64,000 bases of DNA from assembly GCA_016706685.1 (NCBI GenBank), contig JADJJE010000051.1, forward strand, positions 49,667 to 113,666, in the 5' to 3' direction. Made by a program: the position numbers and the translations under genes. This DNA comes from Sandaracinaceae bacterium. GTDB lineage: Bacteria; Myxococcota_A; Polyangia; Polyangiales; Houyiibacteriaceae. Positions 8,959 through 18,800 of the stretch are shown here, one piece after another (position 1 is the stretch's first letter; each line of letters opens with the position of its first letter). The notes beneath the pieces are model-generated. The model saw only the letters and a program-made list of their open reading frames with translations, had not been told where the DNA came from and ran no database searches.

Positions 8959-10470
8959 ATGAGCGACTGGGTAGCCCCGACGGTTGGACAGCTGCGCGAT
9001 CTCGAGGTGCTCGTGAACGCGCACCACCCGCTGTGGGTGGTGGAGACCGTGGAGGAAGACCGCGTGCGCGTGATGCTGGCGCACCTGGCGGACCGCGTGG
9101 GGCTGCCGTTGTTCGTGTGGCACCCGGTCACGGGGCTGGCGCGGGTGGATGCTGCGCCGGGGCCCGGGGCCAGCGGCACGGACACCGCAAAGGGCTGCCT
9201 CGCGTTCATCGAGCAGGCCAACATGGAGGCGCTGTTCTTCCTGCCCAGCTTCCCGCTCGACGCCGAGGACGCGGCGCAGGGCGCGCGCATCAAGGAGATC
9301 TACCGGCGCTACTTCAAGCACCGCGGCGCGCTGGTGCTCACCACGCCGCAGCTGGAGCTGCCGAAGGGGCTCGACCCGCTGTTCACGCACGTGGAGCTGC
9401 ACACGCCCACGGCCGAGACGTACCACCGCTTCATCACACAGGTGATCCGCGACATCAGCGCGCGCCGCGCCGTGAAGGTGGACATGACCCCCGAGGACGT
9501 GAGCGAGCTGCTGGGCGCGCTGCACGGGCTCACGTTCTTCGAGGTGCAAAAGATCATCACGCAGGCCGTGGTGGAGGACGGCATGCTCACGCGCGAGGAC
9601 CTCGGCCGCGTGATGGACGCGAAGCGCCGCATCGTGGAGCGCTCGGGCGTGCTCGAGTACTTCCCGCACGACCACAACCTGAGCGAGGTGGCGGGCCTCG
9701 GAAACCTCAAGCGCTGGCTGCGCAAGCGGCGCGCCGCGTTCACCGAGCCGGCGCGCGCGAAGGAGTTCGGCCTGACGGCGCCGCGCGGGCTGCTGCTGCT
9801 GGGCGTGCAGGGCTGCGGCAAGAGCCTGTGCGCCAAGGCGGTGGCCAGCGAGTGGGGCCTGCCGCTGCTGCGCCTCGACCCTTCGAACCTCTACACCAAG
9901 TACTTCGGTGAGTCCGAGCGCAACCTGAAGCGCGCCATCCAGACGGCCGAGTCCATGGCGCCGGTGGTGCTGTGGCTCGACGAGATCGAGAAGGCCCTCG
10001 GCCAGGGCGACCAAGACGGCGGCACCAGCCAGCGCGTGTTCGGGACGTTCCTCGCGTGGATGCAGGAGAAGAAGGAGAGCGTCTTCGTCATCGCCACTGC
10101 GAACGACATCTCGAAGCTGCCCCCCGAGCTGCTGCGCAAGGGTCGCTTCGACGAGATCTTCTTCGTGGACCTGCCCGACGCGGCCACGCGCGCCGAGATC
10201 CTGGCGGTGCACCTGAAGAAGCGCGGCCGCGATCCGGAGCGCTTCGACCTCGTGGCGCTCGGCGAGCAGGCGGAGGGCTTCAGCGGCGCGGAGCTCGAGC
10301 AGGTGGTGGTGTCCGGGCTGTTCACCGCGTTCGCCGAGGGCGTGGACGTGAGCGACGACGTGCTGGAGGCCGAGATCGACGGGACGCGGCCGCTGTCGGT
10401 GACCATGTCGGAGAAGATCACGGCGCTGCGCGAGTGGGCGCGCGAGCGGGCGGTGCGGGCGGACGACTGA
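8959..10470 (+). CDS. AAA+ ATPase, Ycf46-like / CDC48-subfamily single AAA domain
   Basis: 503 aa. The C-terminal AAA module has Walker A GVQGCGKS, Walker B VVLWLDEIEK, and sensor / arginine-finger region ATANDISKLPPELLRKGRFDEIFFVDLP. The ~260-aa N-terminal domain is of unknown function. Confidence 0.9.
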   Translation: MSDWVAPTVGQLRDLEVLVNAHHPLWVVETVEEDRVRVMLAHLADRVGLPLFVWHPVTGLARVDAAPGPGASGTDTAKGCLAFIEQANMEALFFLPSFPLDAEDAAQGARIKEIYRRYFKHRGALVLTTPQLELPKGLDPLFTHVELHTPTAETYHRFITQVIRDISARRAVKVDMTPEDVSELLGALHGLTFFEVQKIITQAVVEDGMLTREDLGRVMDAKRRIVERSGVLEYFPHDHNLSEVAGLGNLKRWLRKRRAAFTEPARAKEFGLTAPRGLLLLGVQGCGKSLCAKAVASEWGLPLLRLDPSNLYTKYFGESERNLKRAIQTAESMAPVVLWLDEIEKALGQGDQDGGTSQRVFGTFLAWMQEKKESVFVIATANDISKLPPELLRKGRFDEIFFVDLPDAATRAEILAVHLKKRGRDPERFDLVALGEQAEGFSGAELEQVVVSGLFTAFAEGVDVSDDVLEAEIDGTRPLSVTMSEKITALREWARERAVRADD

Positions 10471-10530
10471 GGGACGGGCGGGCAGGTGCAGGTCTCTTGG
10501 TGACCGTTCGGACCTCAAAAACAAGGACAA

Positions 10531-10562
10531 TTGGCACCCCGGGTTGAAACCCGGGGTGCCAA
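10531..10562 (+). terminator. GC-rich hairpin, candidate intrinsic terminator after the AAA+ gene
   Basis: Perfect 13-bp stem ttggcaccccggg / cccggggtgccaa with loop ttgaaa, 60 nt after the stop. It is followed by tgtgtcttg, which is only weakly T-rich. Confidence 0.45.
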
Positions 10563-10681
10563 TGTGTCTTGAATCAAGAGCAAGCGTGGCTCTCCGAGAG
10601 TCGACCAAGCACCGACCGAGAGTCGACCGAGCATCGGCGAGAAGGCGACTTGCCCACCGTCCCAGGCGACCCGCAGCTCAC

Positions 10682-10710
10682 TTGACGGCCCCGCCCCGGC
10701 CTCCAATGAT
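10682..10710 (+). promoter_or_regulatory. candidate sigma70-type promoter for the aminotransferase gene
   Basis: TTGACG (10682-10687), a 17-nt spacer, then AATGAT (10705-10710), 12 nt before the ATG at 10723. This would give a very short leader. Confidence 0.3.
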
Positions 10711-10722
10711 CCGCCTCCCGCC

Positions 10723-11955
10723 ATGAACGCCCCCGAGCTCAAAGCCTCCCGCCACCTGGCCGACGTCAAGTACGAGATCCGCGGAGCGCTGGCCCGGCGA
10801 GCTGACGAGCTCGAGCGCGACGGCTACGACATCGTGAAGCTGAACATCGGTAACCCGGGGGCCTTTGGCTTCCGCATGCCGGACACCATGCGCGTGGCCA
10901 TGGTGCAGAACCTGCACCAGGCGGACCCGTACTCGCACCAGAAGGGCATCTTTCCGGCGCGCGAGGCGGTGGTGATGCAGCAGCAGGACCGCGGGGTGCC
11001 CGACGCGTCGGCCGACGACGTGTTCATCGGCAACGGCGTGTCCGAGCTGATCATGATGACCATGCGGGCGCTGCTCAACCCCGAGGACGAGGTGCTGGTC
11101 CCGAGCCCGGACTATCCGCTCTGGACCGCGTCCATCGTGATCCACGGCGCGAAGGCGGTGCACTACCCCTGCCGCCCCGAGAACGGCTTCGTGCCGGACC
11201 CGGCCGAGCTGGCGAAGTTGGTCACGCCGCGCACACGCGCCATCGTGGTGATCAACCCCAACAACCCCACCGGCGCGGTGTATCCCCGCAAGGTGCTCGA
11301 GGGCATCGCGGCCATCGCCGAGAAGCACCACCTGGTGCTCTTCGCGGACGAGATCTACGACACCATGCTCTACGACGGGGCGGAGTACGTGCCCGTCGCC
11401 ACGCTCACGGACAAGACGCTGGTGGCCACCTTCGGGGGCCTCAGCAAGATCTACCGCGCGTGCGGTCTGCGGGTGGGCTGGGTGTCGTTCTCGGGCGAGA
11501 AGGGGCGCGCGCGCGAGTACCTGCGCGGCCTCGAGCTGCTGGCCAGCCTGCGCCTGTGCGCCAACGTGCCCGGGCAGTTCGCGGTGCAGACGGCGCTCGG
11601 CGGGCGGCAGTCCATCGAAGACCTGGTGCGTCCTGGCGGGCGCCTCTACGAGACGCGCCGCGCCATCATCGAGTCCGTGGCGAAGAGCCGCTTCATGGAG
11701 GTGGTGGCCCCCTCTGGCGCGCTCTACGCCTTCATCCGCGTGAAGAGCGAGGCGTTCGCTTCGGGCTTCGACGACGAGGCGTTCGCGCTCACACTGCTCG
11801 AGGAGAAGCACATCCTCATCGCGCCGGGCACGAGCTTCAACGTGCCCTACAAGAACCACTTCCGCGTCACGCTGCTGCCGCAGCCGGACCAGATGCGCGC
11901 GGTGATGGGGCAGATCGACGAGCTGCTCGGGGACCTGGCCGAGGCCAGCGCGTAG
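10723..11955 (+). CDS. alaA: glutamate-pyruvate (alanine) aminotransferase, PLP-dependent class I
   Basis: 410 aa, collinear with E. coli AlaA as I recall it: KYEIRG..., LNIGNPGAFGF, IGNGVSELI, LVPSPDYPLWTA, INPNNPTGAVY, FADEIYD, GLSKIYRACGLRVGW (PLP lysine) and SLRLCANVPGQFAVQTALGG. Confidence 0.9.
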   Translation: MNAPELKASRHLADVKYEIRGALARRADELERDGYDIVKLNIGNPGAFGFRMPDTMRVAMVQNLHQADPYSHQKGIFPAREAVVMQQQDRGVPDASADDVFIGNGVSELIMMTMRALLNPEDEVLVPSPDYPLWTASIVIHGAKAVHYPCRPENGFVPDPAELAKLVTPRTRAIVVINPNNPTGAVYPRKVLEGIAAIAEKHHLVLFADEIYDTMLYDGAEYVPVATLTDKTLVATFGGLSKIYRACGLRVGWVSFSGEKGRAREYLRGLELLASLRLCANVPGQFAVQTALGGRQSIEDLVRPGGRLYETRRAIIESVAKSRFMEVVAPSGALYAFIRVKSEAFASGFDDEAFALTLLEEKHILIAPGTSFNVPYKNHFRVTLLPQPDQMRAVMGQIDELLGDLAEASA

Positions 11956-12016
11956 CCTGCGCGGCCCCGCAGCGCCAGCCCATGCGGGGCCGTGGCTCCT
12001 CCCGCGCCTCGACGCT

Positions 12017-12706
12017 CTAGGCGCCCGGCTCCGTGGGCACATCGGGTGCGAGCGTCAGGGTGAACCAGCCACCCGCGATGTGCTTGTGCGTCCAGACGCC
12101 GAGCAGCACGCGCTCGCCATCCGCGTCGGAGAGGAGCTTGAAGTAGTCCTTCCAGGGCTGGTGGTCGTAGTTCATCGTTGCGGTCGGGACGCCGCGCCAG
12201 CGGATGTCGGTCATGCCGACGTTCCCCCAAATGGGAACGGGCGCGTAGACGCTGTCGCGAAACCGGAACAGCAGCGGGTCTCCCTTGTGGATGTTCCTGT
12301 AGCGCTTGCCCCACTTGACCCCGAGGAGCTCGAGGGGTCGGATGATGAACCACTCCGCCAGGTCGAGGACCGAGGCGTTCGTCCGCAGGATGCGACCGTT
12401 CCAGGAGTGCCCCACCAGGTCTTCGGTGGCACTCACGGGGGGCAGGGAGTCGTAGAGACGCACGAGGTCACCTTCGTCGTAGGCGACGTCACGTCCGGCC
12501 AGGATGTCGCTCGCGATGGACTCGAGCGCTCTGCCCGTTCCAGGCACTGGCTTCGAGGCGAAGTCCGCCTCCCCCCACACGGACTTCTTGGGCTGCAGGT
12601 GGCAGGCCGCCCCAATCGCGTAATTCAGCGGGAACATCACAGATTGCATGAAATCATAGACGAAAGACGGGTAGTAGAGGACCGTCGGACGGTTCTTGGC
12701 GGGCAT
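12017..12706 (-). CDS. GXWXG / DUF4334 domain protein
   Basis: I prefer the ATG at 12706 because AGGAGG lies 6 nt upstream (the track ORF starts at 12781). GXWXG motif (GHSWNG) followed by a DUF4334-like C-terminus (...YDHQPWKDYFKLL...LLGVW...). Confidence 0.7.
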   Translation of the reverse strand: MPAKNRPTVLYYPSFVYDFMQSVMFPLNYAIGAACHLQPKKSVWGEADFASKPVPGTGRALESIASDILAGRDVAYDEGDLVRLYDSLPPVSATEDLVGHSWNGRILRTNASVLDLAEWFIIRPLELLGVKWGKRYRNIHKGDPLLFRFRDSVYAPVPIWGNVGMTDIRWRGVPTATMNYDHQPWKDYFKLLSDADGERVLLGVWTHKHIAGGWFTLTLAPDVPTEPGA

Positions 12707-12814
12707 GGGTGGCCTCCTGTCGAGATGGGAATGATACGTCATTCCGCGACACACCCTGCCTGTTGACCCCCATCGCGTCAAGCCAGATGGCGCCGGTGGC
12801 GCGGCCTGCGCGGG

Positions 12815-15800
12815 TTAGAACAGCCCGATGCTGAAGTGGAACGACCCGATGCGCTCGCCGAGCTCGCGGCGGCGCGCGAGCAAGAAGCCGTAGTCGAAGG
12901 CCACCGGGCCCACGGGTGTGGCGAAGCGCAGACCGAGGCCGGCGGTGGGGCGCAGCTCGAGGGGGTTCAGGTTGCCGGCGCGGGCCCACAGGTTGCCGAA
13001 GTCGGTGAAGGCGCCGCCGTAGACCATGCCGCGGATGGGGAAGCGCAGCTCGGCGCGGGCCACCATGAACACGTCGCCGCCCTGGCTGATCTGCGAAGAC
13101 GAGAGGCCCTCGTCGGCGAGGTCTTGTGGCACCAGCGAGTCCTGCAGGTAGCCGCGCACGGTGTCCACGCCGCCCAGGAAGAACTGCCGGTTGGGGTAGG
13201 TCTTCGAGCGGTCCTCGAGGTGGAACACGCGCCCCACGCGGCCCTGCAGCGCGAGCGTGAAGGGGCCGAGCGGCACATAGCCGCTGACCGTGAGCTCGGC
13301 GCGTACGTGGTGGCTGAAGAAGCGCTCGGCCATGCCGGCCACCTCCACCAACTCGGCCGCCAGGGTGCGCGCCCACTCGGCTTTGACCGAGGCGTAGAAG
13401 CCCTGCGTCGGCGTGAAGGGGTTGTCGCGCAGGTCGAGCGTGGCGCCCACCTCACCGCTCACCAGCGTGGAGCGCCCTTGGGGAACGCGCAGCAGCGCGC
13501 GCAGCCCGGGGGGCGCGTCCATCAGCAGCTGTTGGTAGGTCCGATCGTCCACCAGCAGGTCGACATCGTTGTTCTCGAGGCCACCCGAGATGGTCAGGAA
13601 GAACTGGCGCGCCGGCCGCACCGTGAACGTGAGGTCGATGTTGTTGGAGTCCAGGCCGAACGCGCGCTGGTTGTCGCGCAGGTGCGAGACGCTCAGCGAC
13701 ACGCGCGTGTTGGGCAGGCGCGGCAGGTAGGGCAGGAGCACGCCCAGCGTGATGCGCCGCTCCAAGCGGTCCGCCAGCGACAGCGCGCTGATGCGATCGG
13801 CCAGCACGTTGTCGAAGAACAAGAACTGGTTGGCCAGCTGTACGCGCAGGGTGAGCCCGATGCCCTTGCCGAACAGGTTGCGGTAGCCGTACTCGAAGCC
13901 ACCGCGGATGCCCTCGGCGGTGGACACGCCGGCACGGAAGTCCAGCATCTGCGAGCGCCGCTCGCTCACCGAGATGAGCACCGGCTTCACGCGCGCCGGC
14001 AGGTCGGGCTCGGCCGGCCCCGCGGTCACGCTCGAGAAGATGCCCAGCTCCATCAGGCGGTCTTGGGTGCGCCGCACCTGGCTCGGACGGAAGCGCTCGC
14101 CGGAACGCAGCGCCACCAAGCCGCGGATCACGGCGTGCTCGGTGCGGTCGGCGCCCATGATGATGACCTCGCCCACGCTCACCGGGTAGACCTCGGTGAT
14201 GGTCAGCGAGACCACCGCGCGCGTGCGGTCGCCGCTGAAGCGCACGCTCGGCTCCACCCGCGCGTAGAGGTAGCCCTCCTCCTGGTAGAGCAGCTCCACG
14301 CGCTGGCGCGCCTCGTCCAAGAGCGCGTGGCTGAAGGGCTGCCCGCGCTCGAAGGCCAGGGCGTCCAGCACCTCGCGGTCCGACAGGTCGTGGTTGCCCG
14401 TCAGCGTGAGCTCGTAGAGGTACGAGCGTGGCCCCTCCTCGATGGGGATGCGCACCTCCACGTGGTCGTCCGGGCCCTGGGCGAAGGTCTGGTGCGTGAT
14501 CGGACCCACCACCACGCTCAGGAAGCCCTCGCGTTCGTAGAGGTGCTGGATGTGCTCGATGGCCTCGTCGTACGCCGGCTCGTAGAAGATCTCGGCGGGC
14601 ATCATGGGGCGCGGCACGCTGCGCCGCTCACCCGCTCGCGACGTCCGGTCGCTGCTCACCAAGAGCTCCGCCGTGCGCGTGTCCACCGGGTCGGCCAGGC
14701 CGCCGAGGTCCACCGCGTCGATCACGAAACCGCTCAGCTGCTCCCGCAGATGGTCCTGGGTGAAGTGCTGCGCGCCCGGGAAGCGCACTTGCGTGACGCG
14801 CTGCGGGCGACCAGCGGTCACGTGCACCACCAGCCGGGCCTCACCCGCAAAGCGGCCCGGGACGCGCCGCACCTCCACCTCGGTGGCCGGGTAGCCGCGC
14901 CGCGCATAGAGGTCCTCCACGCGCTGCTCGAGCGCCTCGGCGGCCCCGCGCGAGAGCCGCTCGCTGGTGAGCTCGAGCGCGTCCGCCACGGTCTCGCGGC
15001 TGAGCGGATGCGGGTCGCGGATGAGCAGCTCGTAGCGCGGCCCGATCACGCTCTCGATCACCAGCACCACGTCCTGGTCTTCCCGCGTGACACGCGCGAG
15101 GCCGAGCTGTGCGCCGTACCAGCGCCGCTCGCGCAGCGTCTGCGTGGCTTCGCGCAGGGCCTCGTCCACCTCGCGCCGGTCGAAGATGTCGCCTTCGTCG
15201 AGGCCCAGCGCGCGCGCTATGCCGGCCTCCTCCGGCGGCTGCTCGCCCTCGAACACGATGCGCGCGATGCGCGTGGGCGTGCCCTCGTAGATGCGCACCA
15301 CCAGCGCCTTGCGCGACGGGTCGTCGGTGTCGCGCAGCTCGAACCCGGCGCTCACGCGCTCGTAGCCTCGCTCGCGGTAGATGCGCCCGAGGCGCCCCCG
15401 CAAGAGCGCGAGGCCCGCGTCGGTCTGCGTGAGCGCGCGGTCCATCTCTTCGCCCTCGTGCAGGTCGAGCGCGCGCAGGATCTCGGTGTCGTCCAGCACG
15501 TCGTTGCCGGTCACGGTGACGCGCGCCAACAGGAAGCGGGCCGCCAGCTCCACGTAGAGCACCACGCCGCCCTGCTCGACGGCCACGTCCAGCTGCACGT
15601 CGGCCCACCGTCCGGTGGCCAAGAGCCGCTCCACCGTGGCTCTCAGGTAGGCGCGCTCCAGCGTGGCTCCCGGCTCGAGCCCCAGCTCGGCCGGCAGCAC
15701 CAGCCCGGCGGCCTCGCCACGCACCTCGATGCGCACGATGCGCCGCCCCAGCAGCTCTTGCGGCACCCACGCGCTGACCGGCGACGCGAGCCCCAGCCCG

Positions 15801-15874
15801 AGCCCGGCCGCGAGCGCGAAGCCCAGCAGCCCACGCCAAAGCGAGACCGCCCGTGCTGGGTGCGCGCGCGTCAC
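12815..15874 (-). CDS. Omp85-family outer membrane protein assembly factor (BamA/TamA-like, multi-POTRA)
   Basis: 1019 aa with a signal peptide (...ASPVSA-W). Repeated POTRA-like units (e.g. ARVTVTGNDVLDDTEILRALDLHEGEEMD) and a C-terminal surface-antigen barrel ending ...GSFHFSIGLF. The start overlaps the tamB stop (ATGA). Confidence 0.9.
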   Translation of the reverse strand: MTRAHPARAVSLWRGLLGFALAAGLGLGLASPVSAWVPQELLGRRIVRIEVRGEAAGLVLPAELGLEPGATLERAYLRATVERLLATGRWADVQLDVAVEQGGVVLYVELAARFLLARVTVTGNDVLDDTEILRALDLHEGEEMDRALTQTDAGLALLRGRLGRIYRERGYERVSAGFELRDTDDPSRKALVVRIYEGTPTRIARIVFEGEQPPEEAGIARALGLDEGDIFDRREVDEALREATQTLRERRWYGAQLGLARVTREDQDVVLVIESVIGPRYELLIRDPHPLSRETVADALELTSERLSRGAAEALEQRVEDLYARRGYPATEVEVRRVPGRFAGEARLVVHVTAGRPQRVTQVRFPGAQHFTQDHLREQLSGFVIDAVDLGGLADPVDTRTAELLVSSDRTSRAGERRSVPRPMMPAEIFYEPAYDEAIEHIQHLYEREGFLSVVVGPITHQTFAQGPDDHVEVRIPIEEGPRSYLYELTLTGNHDLSDREVLDALAFERGQPFSHALLDEARQRVELLYQEEGYLYARVEPSVRFSGDRTRAVVSLTITEVYPVSVGEVIIMGADRTEHAVIRGLVALRSGERFRPSQVRRTQDRLMELGIFSSVTAGPAEPDLPARVKPVLISVSERRSQMLDFRAGVSTAEGIRGGFEYGYRNLFGKGIGLTLRVQLANQFLFFDNVLADRISALSLADRLERRITLGVLLPYLPRLPNTRVSLSVSHLRDNQRAFGLDSNNIDLTFTVRPARQFFLTISGGLENNDVDLLVDDRTYQQLLMDAPPGLRALLRVPQGRSTLVSGEVGATLDLRDNPFTPTQGFYASVKAEWARTLAAELVEVAGMAERFFSHHVRAELTVSGYVPLGPFTLALQGRVGRVFHLEDRSKTYPNRQFFLGGVDTVRGYLQDSLVPQDLADEGLSSSQISQGGDVFMVARAELRFPIRGMVYGGAFTDFGNLWARAGNLNPLELRPTAGLGLRFATPVGPVAFDYGFLLARRRELGERIGSFHFSIGLF

Positions 15875-18800
15875 TCGAACTCGATGCGCCAGTGGAAGTC
15901 GACGCCCACGTTGCCGAACGACTGGGTCTCGCGGTTCACGTTGTCGTAGCCGGCCTGGATGCTGGTCTGGTCACCGAGCTGCCACTCCACGCCGGCGCGG
16001 ATCTCGCGGGTGTCGCCCGTGAGGCTCGTCGACGCGGTGAGCCGTACTCGCTCGGCGATGCGCTTTCCGATGGTCACTTGCGGCTCCGGCCGGTTGGTGC
16101 GCGTACTGTACATGGTGGTGATCGCGAAGTCGTCAATCACCTGCAGGGCCTCGCTGACCTCGTCGTTCACGCCCGACAGGCTGGACACGGCCTCGAGCGC
16201 CGCGCCCCCGAGATCGGCCGCCTGGAGCGACTGCGCCTGCGCCGTGGTCAGCCCGATGGTGAGCAGCAGCAGGATGTCCTGCTCGCTGGCCGACGGGTCC
16301 GAGCGCGCCTCGAGCCGGAAGGCGTCCATGTTGCCGTAGGCGTGCAGCGAGATGCGCCAGTCGTTGCGGTCGAGGTCGCGCGTGCGGATGTCGGTCTCGG
16401 CCGTCACGTCGAAGGACGGGTTGATGCGCGTGGCGTCGTCGAAGCGGATGTCGCCGTTGCGCATCTCCAGCACGGCGTTGCGGAAGCGCACGCTGCCCCG
16501 CTGCACGGCCAGCTGTCCCAGCACGCCGAGGCGCTGGTCGGTGCCCACGATCTGGAAGGGGCGGTCGTGGTCGGCGATGGCGATGTCCACCGTGAGGAGG
16601 TTGTTGCGCACGCGGATGGGGCGGCCCGTGATGGTCAGCTCCACGTCCAGGTTGTCGTTGGCCGGGTCGTACTCGCCCAGGCCCTCGAGCTCGGGGCGGT
16701 TGAGCTCGCCCAGCGTGGGCGAGAGGCTGGTGGTGCGCGAGTAGACCAGGCGCTCCAGCTGGACCTGCCCGCGGAGCATGGGCAGCCGCATGCTGGGCTC
16801 CCAGTACAGGCGGGCCTGTGCGTCGAAGCCGAGGTCCACGCCGGCCATGGGTCGCAGCGCCGCGTCGCGCACGCCCACGTCGAAGGTGTAGTCGCGCAGG
16901 CCGCCGTCGGCGATGGTGGCGACGCCGGCCACGTCCACCCAGCCGCTGCCGAGGCGCGCGTGGATGTCCTCGAAGATGAGCCGGTGCGAGCTGAAGGTGA
17001 CGTGCCCGTTGAGCTCCTCGAGGGGCACCGGGAAGCCCGCGAAGCGGAACGCGCCGTCGACCACGCGCGCCTCACCGAAGACCGACGGGTCGGAGGCGTC
17101 GCCCGAGATGCGCACGCCCAGCTCGAGGCGCCCGCGCGCGTCGGTCACGGTGGGGCTGGTGGTGGCCAAGAGCCCGAGGTCCACCACGCCGTCCACGCGC
17201 GTGCGGAGGCCCGTGCGCAGCGAGGCTCGCCCGCTGACGCTGAGCTGCGTGCCGGGGCCCACCAGGGCCATGCGCTGCACGCGCCCTTCGCCGCGCACGA
17301 AGCGCACGTCGATGGGGCCGTCGTTGCGGATGGGGATGCCCGCCACCTCCACCTCGAGCGTGTCCAGGTGCAGGTCGCCGCCGTAGGTGTCGTTGCTGAG
17401 CGCGCCGTCGTCGAAGCGCATCTCGCCGTTCAGCACGCCGGTCGCCTCGGCGCCGGGCAGCGCGCCGGCCAGCAGCGGCGCGAGGTCCATGCGGTTGAAG
17501 CGCACGCGGCCACGCATGGGCAGGTCCGACGTCCAGCCGAGCGCCATGTCCACCAGCACCTGTCCCTCGAGCGCCTCGCCACACAGCAAGAACGCCATGG
17601 GACGGTCGAGGCTCTGCACCGGGCCGCTGGGTGTCTGCAGCGGTGGGTCGGCTGGCCAGCGCCCGTGCGCCAGGCCCGCGCGCGCGTTGTAGCAGGGCTC
17701 GTCCTCGGGCAGCGCGGCCGGGTCCCAGCTGGCGGCCTCGGCCACCCACGGGTCCGTGCGGTCGGTCAGGCGCACGTAGAGGCGGCCGTCGCCCAGCGGC
17801 TCACCCGCCCACGCCAGCTGGTGCATGCCCAGGTCCGCGTGCAGGTGCGGCACGCTGCTGGTGCCGTCGATCTGCCCCAGCAGCGACCACGTGCCGCCCA
17901 GCTCCGGCATCTCCTCGAAGCCCTCGGTGGCGGAGAAGGGAATGTTGTCGGCCGAGACGCTGAGCTGCAGCACGCCGCCGAGGCCCATGGTGCCCGCGAT
18001 GGCCACCGTGCCGCCGGCCTTGTGCAGCGCCAGGTGGGTGACGTCCAGCTCGGCGCCATCCACGCCGCGCGCGTAGTCGATCCAGCGCCACTCGGCCTCG
18101 AGCGCCCCCGCGTCGAAGGCGAAGCCCGCAAAGTGCGCGCTGGAAAAGCCGATGTCCACCGTGGCGCGCAGCGTGCCGGCCGGCAGGTCGTCCGGGAAGC
18201 CCGTGCTGTAGCGCACGCGCGTGGTGCCGTGGGCCACGCCCTGGAACGGCGTGAAGCGCTCATCCGTCTCGAGCCGGAACACGTGATAGAGGTCGGCCAG
18301 CACCATGCGCTGCGCGTGCACCAGCGCGGTGACCTCGAAGCGGTTGTCGCGGAAGTCCACCAGCAGGTCTTCCACCGTGTAGCGGCTCTCGTTCTTCACG
18401 GCCGTGATCAGCGGGAAGCGCACCGACATGCTCTCGTTCTCGAGCACGAAGTCCGACTCGATGTTGCCCGCGCGGAACGTGTCGAACTCGAACCCGTTCA
18501 TCTGCACGTGGCCTTCCACGGCGGGCGACCCATAGGGGCCGCGCACGCTCGCGCGCCAGCTGCCGCGCCCACCCAAGTGCAGCGTGGTGAGCGGCGTCAC
18601 GTCGGCCAGGTCCATCTGCGTGCTGTGGCCCGTGACCTCGATGTAATCCTCGAAGCCCAGCAGCAGGTCCACGTGCGCGGTGGAGTTGGGCATGGTCACG
18701 TCCAGATCGCGAAACCCGAGGCCCTCGGGCGTGACCGTCACGCGCCCCTCCACGCGCCCGCGCGGGATGCCCATGATGCGGGTGGCCGGGCGCTGATGCC

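Noticed and set aside
10531-10562. TGGCAC...TTGA inside the hairpin resembles a sigma54 -24/-12 promoter.
   Set aside because: The spacing is off by one and the -12 element is TTGA rather than TTGC. The match is a by-product of a perfect palindrome that fits a terminator or operator better. No gene start lies at a suitable distance on either strand.
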